Assembly (NCBI GenBank): GCA_964492615.1 | Contig: CAZBKZ010000002.1 | Coordinates: 1,323 to 65,322 of the forward strand | From: an uncultured Syntrophomonadaceae bacterium | GTDB lineage: Bacteria; Bacillota; Dethiobacteria; DTU022 | Length of the DNA: 64,000 nucleotides | Direction: 5' to 3' | Shown: positions 10,449 through 20,780 of the stretch, in pieces | Position numbering within the stretch: the first letter of the stretch is position 1 | Layout: the number at the start of each line of letters is the position of its first letter | Translations under genes and position numbers: made by a program | Notes under the pieces: model-generated | Databases searched by the model: none | Seen by the model: the letters and a program-made list of their open reading frames with translations, nothing else | Told to the model about the DNA's origin: nothing

Positions 10449-10748
10449 ATGGTTAATAGAAAAACCGGGCCTGATCCGGAGGAAGAGCGCGCTGAAGTAA
10501 TCGAGGCTGACACTGTCACTATTGAAGTAGTTGACAAGACAACAGGCTGCCTTTATCGCCGACAGGTTCCCCTGTGTTATCACGAAAATAGCAACGGAAT
10601 CATACTAAAGGGCGAAAATCTTGAAGGGAAAAGTGCGGTTCTCGCGTTGCTGTCCGACCAAGCTCTTGCTAAATACAGTGACTTGATCGGGATGGGGCCG
10701 GATGCACCTACGCATCATAGTACTGAGAAAAAAAAGAGCAAAAGTTGA
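10449..10748 (+). CDS. Hypothetical protein.
   Basis: GGAGG RBS. No recognisable domain. Confidence 0.5.
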   Translation: MVNRKTGPDPEEERAEVIEADTVTIEVVDKTTGCLYRRQVPLCYHENSNGIILKGENLEGKSAVLALLSDQALAKYSDLIGMGPDAPTHHSTEKKKSKS

Positions 10749-10928
10749 ATGCATGCTAAAAATGAAATCCCACGACGCAGGAAAACCAGGTTATATATGA
10801 AAATGGTTTTATTTATTTAGTTGCCTTTGAAAACCATCAGTCCGGGAGGTATAGTTGTAACCGGTCAGTTTGATTGGTTTAATCATATTAATAAAAATGT
10901 GCTGTAATTATGGATGGAGGTATCGGTC

Positions 10929-11336
10929 ATGAATATTACAAAACGGGTAAATGAATTACTTTTACAAGGTCACTGCTGCAGCCAGATCATCATGAAAATG
11001 GGATTAGACAAAATGCAAAAAGAAAATGAAGATCTGGTAATCGCGATGAAAGGGTTGTCCCAGGGTATGTATGCCGGGACTGTCTGCGGTACTCTTTCTG
11101 CCGCTTCCTGCCTGCTCTTTCTCCTCTCAGTGAGCATGGGGCAAGATATGAGCACGGAACTGACTGGTTGGTTCGAAAAAGAGTTCGGAGTAATCGATTG
11201 TCCCGAATTGCTGGGCGATGACCCTGTTGGAGCAAGCTTGAGCCTCTGTCCGGAAATCATTCAGCGAACCTTTGCCGAAGTCCTCGAAGTAGCAGAACGT
11301 TATAATCTTTCCTGGGTGGAAATAACGAATGGGTGA
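10929..11336 (+). CDS. C_GCAxxG_C_C family putative redox-active protein.
   Basis: Cys pattern GHCCSQ / VCGTLSAASC / DCP / LCP. Start chosen at the ATG with a GGAGG RBS; the upstream ATG lies inside the RBS. Confidence 0.6.
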   Translation: MNITKRVNELLLQGHCCSQIIMKMGLDKMQKENEDLVIAMKGLSQGMYAGTVCGTLSAASCLLFLLSVSMGQDMSTELTGWFEKEFGVIDCPELLGDDPVGASLSLCPEIIQRTFAEVLEVAERYNLSWVEITNG

Positions 11337-11431
11337 TTGATATTTCAATAAATCCGACTATTTCCTGAGTGCAAACATTTTGTTTGGCACTGGGGTTACA
11401 GCTTCATTGATATGAGGAGGTTACTTTAATA

Positions 11432-12703
11432 GTGCTTGAAAAAACATCGCTTGATCGATGGGTTGCAGAAAAGATTGGTCTTCAGGATGAGGATAGCCTG
11501 ACCCCCCGGAAAATCTTGGCTTACCAGGATGTGATGCTTAAGAAACTGTTAGCCTATGTCAGTGTTAAAAGCCCTTTTTACAGGGAGCTCTATCGTAATG
11601 TTGATACTTCAGTTATTTCAGGCCTTGATGATCTATCCAGGTTACCCATGGTAGATGCGGGAGATCTTGTTGAACATAGCAGCCGGATGGTTTGTGTGTC
11701 ACAGAAGGAAATCAGCAGAATCGTTACCCTGGAGACAACAGGAACTACCGGTTCGCCTAAAAGAGTCTATTTTACTAACGAAGATCAGGAATTGACTATA
11801 GATTTTTTTCACCGGGGCATGCTTAACCTGATTGGCCCTTCAGACCACTTGCTGATTTTACTGCCCTGGGAAAGACCGGGAAGTGTAGGTGACCTGTTGC
11901 AAAAAGGTGTCAGGCGTATTGGCGCCGAGGTTACCTGTTACGGATTGGTGGATAGCCCTGAAAGCGTTGTAAACACAATTATTGCAAGAGGAATAACCAG
12001 CCTGGTTGGTGTACCGGTGCAGATTTTGTCCTTGGTTTATGCTCCCGGTGCAGAAAAAGTTAACCTGGCCGCTGTGCTGTTGAGTACCGATTATGTGGCT
12101 GGCAGCTTGGCCGGTAAGATCGGACTCCGGTTTGGTTGCCCGGTTTTTGAACATTATGGGATGACCGAAACCGGGCTTGGCGGTGCGGTTTCCTGCCGGG
12201 CGTTCCAGGGGTATCACCCCCGGGCCGCTGACCTGGTTTTTGAAATAATCGATCCAAATAGCGGGGAGCTTCTTGAAACAGGAGAAACCGGAGAAATCGT
12301 GGTTACTACCCTTACCCGTCAGGGAATGCCTTTCATTCGTTATAGAACCGGCGACAAGGGGCGTTTTCTGGCAAAACCCTGTCCCTGCGGTTCTGTTCTG
12401 CCCAGGCTTGATAAAGTTAAAGGCCGTTATTCTGAAGATGTAACTATGGGGGGGCAAACTGTTAACCTGGCTAATCTTGATGAACTTTTGTTTGCATTGG
12501 ATGGAGTTATAGATTACCAGGCCGAGGTGAAAAACAATAAAGGCAAAGAGTGGATCAAGGTGAATCTTTTGGTAGCCGATAACATTTTTAATATACCCGA
12601 GCACTTATCTTATGATGGCATAGATATCTACATTGATTGTGAAATAATTACCTTAAATGAAGCACCGGTTTACAGGAAAAGAAAATTTGTTAATACTAAT
12701 TAA
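11432..12703 (+). CDS. Phenylacetate-CoA ligase (PaaK) / F390-synthetase-family adenylate-forming enzyme.
   Basis: GTG start with a GAGGAGG RBS. P-loop-like TTGTTGSPKR and a PaaK-like C-terminal domain. Confidence 0.7.
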   Translation: MLEKTSLDRWVAEKIGLQDEDSLTPRKILAYQDVMLKKLLAYVSVKSPFYRELYRNVDTSVISGLDDLSRLPMVDAGDLVEHSSRMVCVSQKEISRIVTLETTGTTGSPKRVYFTNEDQELTIDFFHRGMLNLIGPSDHLLILLPWERPGSVGDLLQKGVRRIGAEVTCYGLVDSPESVVNTIIARGITSLVGVPVQILSLVYAPGAEKVNLAAVLLSTDYVAGSLAGKIGLRFGCPVFEHYGMTETGLGGAVSCRAFQGYHPRAADLVFEIIDPNSGELLETGETGEIVVTTLTRQGMPFIRYRTGDKGRFLAKPCPCGSVLPRLDKVKGRYSEDVTMGGQTVNLANLDELLFALDGVIDYQAEVKNNKGKEWIKVNLLVADNIFNIPEHLSYDGIDIYIDCEIITLNEAPVYRKRKFVNTN

Positions 12704-12741
12704 ATTATAGGTGAGTTTTGTAGCATTTCCTTATGACATTA

Positions 12742-12770
12742 TTGACATAATGATGGCATTGTGTTATATT
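12742..12770 (+). promoter_or_regulatory. Candidate sigma-A promoter upstream of fdhA: TTGACA-N17-TATATT with an extended -10 TGT.
   Basis: Near-consensus hexamers in an AT-rich intergenic region, about 240 nt upstream of fdhA. Confidence 0.4.
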
Positions 12771-13009
12771 TCAAAAGGTTGTTTATTGCTTTTTTTTATT
12801 GCCATTATGTCATAAACTGCATAGTGCTTATAAGAGCGTGGTAGCATAACTGTATTTAAGAAACAATTACCATAGATATTTTTATTCAAAGAAATAAGAC
12901 TTTAAATTTTTTTTTACTTAACTTAGCAGTATGCGGTTTTTGCCTCACATTTTTATTGAAGGCGAGGTTATAATTCCAGCCTATATTTAACAACAAAGGA
13001 GGAACGGTA

Positions 13010-16000
13010 TTGAAACGAAGGGATTTTCTTAAACTTACCGGAGTAACTGGCGCAGGCTTGCTCCTTACCGACCTTGGGTTTAACGCAGCGCCGGTTGAAG
13101 CCGCATCTCAAACGATCAGAATTCACAATTCAGAAGAATTTTATTCTGTTTGTACTTTTTGTTCTTGCGGCTGCGGGATGATTTGTAGCGTTAAAGATGG
13201 GAAAATGATTAACCTTGAAGGTGACCCTGATCATATCGTCAGTGAGGGGGCCCTCTGCAGTAAGGGGGCAGCTATGGCGGTAATGCCCAACTCTGATCAA
13301 CGGATCAGGAACCCTCTCTACAGGGCGCCGCGCAGCAACAAGTGGGAAGAAATCAGCTGGGAAGAAGCTATCGACAAGGTTGCCAGGAAATTTGTTGAAA
13401 CCAGGGACGATTACTGGATCAGCGATGAGACTATTGACGGTACCACTTATAAGGTTAACCGCTGCGACGCAGTTAGCTTCATGGGCGGAGCTCAAAACAA
13501 TACAGAGGAATCATATCTCCTTTCTAAGATGTCGAGAATTCTGGGCGCCGTGTATGTAGAGCACCAGGCCAGGGTCTGACACAGTCCCACGGTCGCCAGT
13601 TTAGGCGCCTCATTAGGACGTGGAGCTATGACCAATCACTGGGTTGATTTAAAAAATGCCAAGGTCTTCCTGATCCAGGGTAGCAATGCTGCCGAGAATC
13701 ACCCCATGGCAGTAAAATGGATGCTGGAAGCAAAGAAAAAAGGGGCAATCATTATTCATGTCGACCCCCGTTACACCAGGACCTCATCCATTGCCGATAT
13801 TCATGCCCAGATTCGTCCGGGTGCGGATATCGCATTTCTAAATTCAATTATTAACTACATTATTACCAATAACCTTTATGATGAAGACTTTGTTATTAAC
13901 CATACCAATGCGCTATTGATTGCCAACGAAGAATTCGATTACCAGGACGGCCTTTTTTCGGGCTATAATGACGGTAAATTCAGTTACACCAACCTTTCCT
14001 GGGGTTATACCCTTGATGAAGAAAGCAAGCCTATTAAGGCGGAAAGTCTCGATGATCCTCGCTCTGTCTTCAGCAAAGCCAAGGAATTCTTCAAGCGCTA
14101 TGATTTTAAGGTGGCTTCCGATATCTGCGGGGTTCCCGAGGAAAAGATCAAGCTAATTGCCGATACCCTGGTTAACAATAAGCCTGGAACAATCTGCTAC
14201 GCCCTGGGGATGACCCAGCATACTACCGGCGTTCAGGGGATTCGTTCTTTCGGTATTCTCCAAATGCTCTTAGGGAACCTGGGCAAGCCGGGCAGCGGTG
14301 TTAACGCCATGCGTGGTGAGCCCAATGTGCAGGGAGCAACCGATATGGCCATGTTGTTCCATATCATTCCCGGGTACCTGGCTGTTCCCAACCACGATGT
14401 CGTGGATCTTGATACTTGGACTTCGCGGACCGGTACTTTTCGCCGGACTTTTATGACCAGTATTCTCAAAGCGTGGTTTGGTGACCACGCCCAACCGGAA
14501 AATGATTTTTGTTTTAATTGGTTACCGAAAAAGAACGGGCGTGAAAACTACTCACTCTTCAGGATCTTTGAGACAGCCCTTGATAAAAAGATGAAGTTTC
14601 TCTATATCATGGGTCAGAACCCCATGGTTACCAACCCTAACCTGAACCTGGTGCACGAATCACTGGGCAACCTGGATATGCTGGTTTCTGTTGACCTCTT
14701 TATGACCGAAACCGCCGCTTTCTGGGAAAAACCGGGTGTGGATCCGAGTACGCTTGATACGGAGGTAATTTTCCTCCCTGCGGCCTCTTTCCTCGAAAAA
14801 GAAGGAACCCTGGTTAATTCAGGGCGGATGGTTCAGTGGCGCTATACCGGGATTAAACCGGTCGGCAATTCAAAAACCGACCTGGAGATCATTGATTTGC
14901 TTTTTAACCGCATCCGCGAGCTTTACCAGGGTTCAAGCGACAGCAAGGATGAGCCCATTTTAAAGGCCAACTGGAACTACGAAGCAGAAGATTCTCCCTC
15001 TTTCTCAGAGGAAGTATTGAAGGAAATCAACGGTTACAATCTGGCCACCGGTGAACTCTTAAAAGGGATTGGCGAACTTAAGCCTGACGGAACCACTGCC
15101 GCGGGGAACTGGCTGTATGCCGGAATCTTCGCCAACAACCAGAACCATTCCAAGCGCAAGGATAACATTAACGATCCCGGCGGCCTTGGCATCTATCCCG
15201 GCTTTGCCTGGACCTGGCCCGGAAACTGTCACGTCTTATATAATCGTGCGTCTTGTGATGCTGAAGGTAAGCCTTATGATGAAGCCAATAAGTGTATCTG
15301 GTGGGATGAGGAAAAGGGTATGTGGACCGGGTATGACACTCCCGACGTGCCGAACAGGAACGACGGACCCGATACACCCAACGGCAAAAGACCCTTCCGG
15401 ATGGCCGGGGAAGGTCTCGCCCGTATTCTTGCCGGGCCCTACCAGGATCCCTTTGCCAATCAGCTTCTGCCCAGGGATTCATCAAGCGTCCCTGCCGACG
15501 GCCCGCTTCCGGAGCACTATGAACCCTTTGAGAGCCCTACAGAAAACGTTTTGCATCCCAACGTCCCAGTCAACCCCTGTGTTAAGTATCCCCGAATTCC
15601 GGATAAGCAGCCAATCGGTACGGCAGCGGATTACCCCTACGTTCTCTGTACATCAAGCATGGCAGAGCACTGGTGTGCCGGGACTCAAACCCGTAACATG
15701 CCCTGGTTAAACGAACTGCAGCCAGAAACATTTATTGAAATACCGAAAAACCTGGCTGCCGAAAAGGGCATCAAGAATGGTGACTGGGTAAAAGTCTGGT
15801 CTGCCCGGGGCGAAGTTGAGGCCAAGGCCCAGGTAACCCACCGTATCCATCCCCTTAAAATTAACGGCAAGGAGGTTGATGTGGTCTGGATGCCGTATAA
15901 CTGGGGATACAAGGGCCTTAGTCAGGCTGCCAGCACAAACTATGTGACTATTGATGCAGGCGATCCGAATACCTGGATCCAGGAAACAAAGTGTTGTCTG

Positions 16001-16021
16001 GTAAACCTGGATAAGGCTTAA
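13010..16021 (+). CDS. fdhA: Formate dehydrogenase catalytic (alpha) subunit. It is a selenoprotein (in-frame UGA = Sec at 13577-13579) with a Tat signal.
   Basis: Twin-arginine signal MKRRDFLKLTGV. Fe-S motif CTFCSCGCGM. Track ORFs 13010..13579 and 13628..16021 are in the same frame and are joined by HQARV-U-HSPTVASLG, the classic Sec motif. The molybdopterin domains follow. Confidence 0.9.
13591..13609 (+). ncRNA. Bacterial SECIS upper stem-loop for fdhA (cis-acting mRNA element).
   Basis: Hairpin GGUCGCC-AGUUUA-GGCGCC with a bulged U. It begins exactly 11 nt 3' of the UGA, the spacing seen in E. coli fdhF. A GU is present in the apical loop. Confidence 0.55.
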
Positions 16022-16142
16022 TCGATTATTGTAGCGCAAATTAAGAACCACTGGTTCTGGATGCTGAAGAATATAAACCCGTTAGCCTGCCGACAGCAGG
16101 CTCACGTGAAGCACACCTAAAACTACTCAAAGGCGGTTTAAA

Positions 16143-17021
16143 ATGAGCAACCAGGAATGGAGCAGCTTTGATAAATGGCTTAAAGAGCATCCTTATTTAA
16201 ATGAAATAGGAAGCTTCCACAGAGTTTTGTCAAAAGCTATTGAGGGTTTTGATAAAGAGCAATTCAGTAAAGATTTGCCGGTATCTGACTTAGAAGAAAT
16301 AAAGCAGGGATACAGTAAGGGTGTACCCTTGCTCAGCTCTTTAACGGAGATCAATATGGTTACTGGAATAGCAGGCAGCCTGTTTAAAAAAATAGTTAAT
16401 GCTCTGCTTGAGGCCGATTTACCTTCTAAAACGCTAGAACAGGTTAAAGCCCTTAGAGGTTATATTGAAAAGGTTCCTGATCTTCCAAGAAGGTTAATAA
16501 GGCTGGTTATTAAGGGCAGTAGTGATTCGAAACCTGAAGAGCTTGAATCTGTTTTTAACGATGTAAACGAAGGGTTTGTTAATTTTCTGGCCTGGTCCTC
16601 CTTATCTGCAATCCTTGAGCCTTTGAGAGAAGTAACTGGTGAGTTGCTGGAAGAGAAACCCTGGAGGAAGGGTTACTGTCCTTTGTGTGGGCATTTGCCG
16701 GCGATGGGCCAGCTAATAAGAACAAAAAGAGGGCGGGAACGGGAATTGATCTGCGGATGCTGCAAAATGAAATGGACCTATCGGCGCATTGGCTGTCCCT
16801 ACTGCGGAAACGAAAATGTCAATACGCTGAAACTGATTGAATTTGTTGAAATGCCCGAAATGCGCCTGGATACATGTGAAGAGTGCAAGGCTTATGTAAA
16901 GACATACATAAATCAGGGTAATGAACAGGTTGCCCTCGCAGATTGGTCTACCTTACACCTTGATCTTATCGGAAAAAATAAAGGATTTCAGAGGGTTGAT
17001 GAGTTTTTCTATGAACTTTAA
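16143..17021 (+). CDS. fdhE: Formate dehydrogenase accessory protein FdhE.
   Basis: Four CxxC pairs (CPLCGH, CGCC, CPYCGN, CEEC), typical of FdhE. Confidence 0.85.
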   Translation: MSNQEWSSFDKWLKEHPYLNEIGSFHRVLSKAIEGFDKEQFSKDLPVSDLEEIKQGYSKGVPLLSSLTEINMVTGIAGSLFKKIVNALLEADLPSKTLEQVKALRGYIEKVPDLPRRLIRLVIKGSSDSKPEELESVFNDVNEGFVNFLAWSSLSAILEPLREVTGELLEEKPWRKGYCPLCGHLPAMGQLIRTKRGRERELICGCCKMKWTYRRIGCPYCGNENVNTLKLIEFVEMPEMRLDTCEECKAYVKTYINQGNEQVALADWSTLHLDLIGKNKGFQRVDEFFYEL

Positions 17022-18210
17022 TCAAAATATATATTTGGATAATGCTGCTACTGGCTTTCCTAGGCCTGCAATCGTAACCGATTCAGTTAGTTGCTGGATG
17101 CTCGAAGAAGGCGGTTCTCCCGGTCGCGGTCATCATTTTCTGTCTCGCCGGGCCGGTGATCAGGTGTCAAAGATTCGCCGGCAGGTAGCCCGTTTTTTTG
17201 GGGTTAATGAAGAGTTCAGGGTTGCTTTTACCTTTGGTGCAACTGATGCATTGAACATGGCGATTAAAGGAATCCTGCGAAAGGACGATCACGTTATTAT
17301 CTCTGGAATGGAGCATAATTCTGTACTACGGCCTCTGCGCCATCTGGAAGCTGAAGGTTTAATCAGTATTGATGTTATATCCTGTAATGAAGAAGGCTAT
17401 CTGGTTGAAAATTTAATTTGGGAAGCCTTTCATGAAAAAACAAAATTAATAGTTATTAACCACGCTTCAAATGTAACAGGCAGTATACAGGCTGTTGCTG
17501 AGATAGGGGCGGAAATCCGTCGTCGGGGAGCATATTTGCTGCTTGATGCAGCCCAGTCAACTGGAAATATTCCGATCAAAATTGGTGAACTGAATGCTGA
17601 TATGATAGTTTTTGCCGGGCACAAGGGGCTTTTTGCCCTCCCTGGGGTAGGCGGTATGATTATTGGTGAGCGGATCAATCAACTAAATACATGGCGACAG
17701 GGAGGAACCGGCTATAATTCAAAATCGGAGACTCAGCCACTTAATTGGCCGGAAGCATTTGAAGCCGGAACAATGAATATGCCAGGTATAATATCACTTG
17801 GTAAAGGGATAGAATATATTGAGGAACAAGGCCTGGAAGCAATTGCAAGCCAGAAGATGGCTCATCTAAAATACCTGTGGGATACCTTATCGGAAATTGA
17901 AGGAATAAAGTTATACGGACCTAATCCGGAAAAGCCCAGGGTAGCGGTTCTCTCATTAAATATAACAGACTGGGAACCTGACGATGTTGCAGAAATATTG
18001 CAGCATAACTATAAGGTTCAGGTTCGTTCCGGGCTGCACTGTGCGCCGCTGGCCCATAATACCCTGGGTACAATGCCCAATGGTTCAGTCAGAATCAGTC
18101 CCGGGTATTTTACTAAGCAGGAAGACCTGGATACGGTTGTGCAGGCGATTAAGAATATGGCTTTAAGCAGAGTCGGCTGGAATCTTTTCAATGAAGCCCC
18201 GGCTAATTAA
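17011..18210 (+). CDS. Class-V aminotransferase: a group-II cysteine desulfurase or selenocysteine lyase (SufS/CsdA-like).
   Basis: PLP-binding Lys in FAGHKGL. Active-site RSGLHCAPLAH. Overlaps the fdhE 3' end. Alternative ATG at 16999. Confidence 0.8.
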   Translation: MNFNQNIYLDNAATGFPRPAIVTDSVSCWMLEEGGSPGRGHHFLSRRAGDQVSKIRRQVARFFGVNEEFRVAFTFGATDALNMAIKGILRKDDHVIISGMEHNSVLRPLRHLEAEGLISIDVISCNEEGYLVENLIWEAFHEKTKLIVINHASNVTGSIQAVAEIGAEIRRRGAYLLLDAAQSTGNIPIKIGELNADMIVFAGHKGLFALPGVGGMIIGERINQLNTWRQGGTGYNSKSETQPLNWPEAFEAGTMNMPGIISLGKGIEYIEEQGLEAIASQKMAHLKYLWDTLSEIEGIKLYGPNPEKPRVAVLSLNITDWEPDDVAEILQHNYKVQVRSGLHCAPLAHNTLGTMPNGSVRISPGYFTKQEDLDTVVQAIKNMALSRVGWNLFNEAPAN

Positions 18211-18345
18211 TTTGGGGTTTTGAACCGGGGAACAGGGCTTTGCGGAGATATTGTATCTTGTCAGGTGGTGATTTTACAGATCTGCTAGTCTTAGTATTGC
18301 CATATGCTGGTATAAACCAAGTAAAGTAAATGGTGGTGATAATTA

Positions 18346-19713
18346 GTGACATTAACATTTGATAGAGGGGTATTTCTGCCCCATTATAAGGAATCAACTG
18401 AAAATGAGCCTATAGAATCAATTTCTATGCCGGAAGAGATTGTAATGCCAATGAGTCAGCATGTCGGGGCACCATGTAACCCTACCGTCAGCGTTGGCGA
18501 TCAAGTGAATATTGGGCAGAAAATCGGAGAAAGCCTTACCATGATTAGCGCGCCAATTCATTCAAGTGTGGATGGTGTTGTAACATCTATCGAACTGCGA
18601 CCATATTTTACCGGAAGTAAGGTTAACAGTGTTGTTATCAAGCCTGATGAAAATCAAAGTGATTTTAATAAAAAGGAAAATGATATCGGTAAGTTGGATC
18701 GGGAAAAAATTGTAGAGATGATCAAAGAAGCGGGAATTGTAGGTATGGGAGGAGCTGCCTTCCCTACCCATGTTAAGCTGAACCCGCCAAAAGAGATTGA
18801 CCGGGTTATTATTAACGCCTGTGAATGTGAACCTTACTTAACATGCGATCATAGGATGCTTGTCGAGATGACTGAAAAGTGTGTAGAAGGAGCTAAAATA
18901 ATTGCAAAAGTTGTCGGGGCTCGTCAGATAATATTTGGCATTGAAACCAACAAGCCTGATGCGGCAGAAAAAATTAGCAGCACTATTTTTAAGGATGATG
19001 ATATTTCCGTTGCTATGCTCGATGTTAAGTACCCGCAGGGCGCCGAGAAACAGTTAATAAAAGCAACGGTTAATCGTGAAGTTCCACCCGGGAAGCTACC
19101 TTTTGAGGTAGGGGTTGTTGTTCACAATGTAGCTACCTGTATTGCCATCTATGAAGCAGTCCGGTATGAAAAGCCTCTTTATGAGAGAGTTTTAACTGTT
19201 ACTGGCGACGGAATTGCCAAATCTGCAAATGTTAAAGCCCTGATTGGCACACCAATTGGACATATTATCCATGAGTGTGGAGGGTTTAAAGGTATTGTCA
19301 GTGGTGAAGTGAAAATTGATACCAGCGATGTCCGTTATCCTGTATATGCTCCGCCGGAAGCCAAGGCCAAGGTTATTATGGGTGGACCCATGACCGGTTT
19401 TGCCCAGCAGAGCCTTGATGTCCCTATAGTGAAAGGGACGGGAGGCATCCTGATCTTCACTCCGGAGATGATTAATGCCAGTGAATACCTGGCCTGTGTT
19501 CGCTGTTCCAACTGTGTTCAGCACTGCCCGATGGGGCTTTATCCAAACTATATAGGGACATATGCCGAAACAGGACGCTACAACCATTCAATCGATTGGG
19601 GAGCTTTAGATTGCTTTGAGTGTGGTGTCTGTGTGTATGTTTGCCCATCGAACAGGCCCATCGTCAGGTTTGTCAGGGAAGTGAAACAGTTTGCGGCGCG
19701 AAAAGCGGATTAA
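18346..19713 (+). CDS. RnfC-like Fe-S flavoprotein (RnfC_N barrel, NuoF-like nucleotide/FMN fold, 2x[4Fe-4S]).
   Basis: PMSQHVGAPCNPTVSVGDQV (RnfC N-terminus). GMGGAAFPTHVKL. CVRCSNCVQHCP and CFECGVCVYVCP. GTG start. Confidence 0.75.
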   Translation: MTLTFDRGVFLPHYKESTENEPIESISMPEEIVMPMSQHVGAPCNPTVSVGDQVNIGQKIGESLTMISAPIHSSVDGVVTSIELRPYFTGSKVNSVVIKPDENQSDFNKKENDIGKLDREKIVEMIKEAGIVGMGGAAFPTHVKLNPPKEIDRVIINACECEPYLTCDHRMLVEMTEKCVEGAKIIAKVVGARQIIFGIETNKPDAAEKISSTIFKDDDISVAMLDVKYPQGAEKQLIKATVNREVPPGKLPFEVGVVVHNVATCIAIYEAVRYEKPLYERVLTVTGDGIAKSANVKALIGTPIGHIIHECGGFKGIVSGEVKIDTSDVRYPVYAPPEAKAKVIMGGPMTGFAQQSLDVPIVKGTGGILIFTPEMINASEYLACVRCSNCVQHCPMGLYPNYIGTYAETGRYNHSIDWGALDCFECGVCVYVCPSNRPIVRFVREVKQFAARKAD

Positions 19714-19772
19714 TACTTGAGAACTTTTAAGCGCAGCTAAGATAAAAGAATACAAAGGAGGGATTTTCTAAG

Positions 19773-20768
19773 GTGAATAATCAGCTCAGGTTAACGGTAA
19801 CACCATCTCCGCACCTGCATTCAAAAGAATCAGTATCGAATGCAATGCGCGATGTATTTATTGCATTAATTCCGATCACTCTTGTATCTGTCTATATATA
19901 CAAGTCATATGCTCTCCTGTTGATCGGTGTTTGCCTGGCCATGGCGGCATTGACGGAATTGCTTTTCCGTAAAATCAGGAGACAACGAGCTACGCTAAAC
20001 GACGGAAGCGCCATGGTTACCGGTCTGTTGGTCGCGCTATGTTTTTCACCTGGTACAGCCTGGTGGACGGCAGCACTCGCAGTGTTCATCGGTATTGGCC
20101 TGGCCAAGGAGTTGATGGGTGGCTTGGGATGGAATCGTTATAACCCTGCATTATTCGGACGCCTTTCAGTTATTCTGCTGATACCGATATTCCACCAGGT
20201 TACATATGTTTTTTCTCCTCTTAAGCAGGATTTCGGCAGTGTTGATGTTTTAACACAAGCTACTCCATTGGCCCTGATGATCCAGGGTTCAGGTTATCCT
20301 AGCTTGCTCCAGATGTTTTTAGCCCACCAGGGCGGTTCGCTCGGTGAGACATCTGCGCTGGCGCTCTTAATCGGTGGCCTCTACTTGCTTTACAAGAAAC
20401 ATATAACCTGGCATACGCCTTTATCGGTTATTGCCGCAGTGGTGGTAATGGCCCTGCTTTTTGGAACAAACTTACTTGGCGCCGGGGCACCGCTTTATCA
20501 CCTATTAGGCGGAGGAGTATTATTGGGGGCTTTCTTCATGGCAACCGACTGGGTAACCAGCCCTATTACTCCTACAGGCAAAATTATTTTTGGGGCATCT
20601 ATTGGGATCCTCTTAATGGTTTTCCGCCTCTTTCTTGCGCCAACTGAAGGGATGGCATTTTCTATTCTAATAATGAACGCATTTGTCCCATTAATTGACC
20701 GTTATACTAAGCGGCTAAAGTTTGGCGAGATTAAAAAATCTGCTACTGAAACTGTTATGGGAACGTAG
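19773..20768 (+). CDS. RnfD/NqrB-family integral membrane protein with a covalent-FMN threonine motif.
   Basis: Polytopic membrane protein. DVLTQATPLA matches the RnfD/NqrB FMN-attachment motif (xTGATPL). AAGGAGGG RBS and a GTG start. Confidence 0.75.
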   Translation: MNNQLRLTVTPSPHLHSKESVSNAMRDVFIALIPITLVSVYIYKSYALLLIGVCLAMAALTELLFRKIRRQRATLNDGSAMVTGLLVALCFSPGTAWWTAALAVFIGIGLAKELMGGLGWNRYNPALFGRLSVILLIPIFHQVTYVFSPLKQDFGSVDVLTQATPLALMIQGSGYPSLLQMFLAHQGGSLGETSALALLIGGLYLLYKKHITWHTPLSVIAAVVVMALLFGTNLLGAGAPLYHLLGGGVLLGAFFMATDWVTSPITPTGKIIFGASIGILLMVFRLFLAPTEGMAFSILIMNAFVPLIDRYTKRLKFGEIKKSATETVMGT

Positions 20769-20780
20769 GGGGGGTAAACC

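Noticed and set aside
11858-12604. 248-aa antisense ORF inside the PaaK-like gene.
   Set aside because: Fully embedded opposite a well-supported CDS. No RBS and low-complexity composition. The same holds for the other antisense ORFs listed inside fdhA, dnaK, and the aconitase, PPDK-like and MCP genes.
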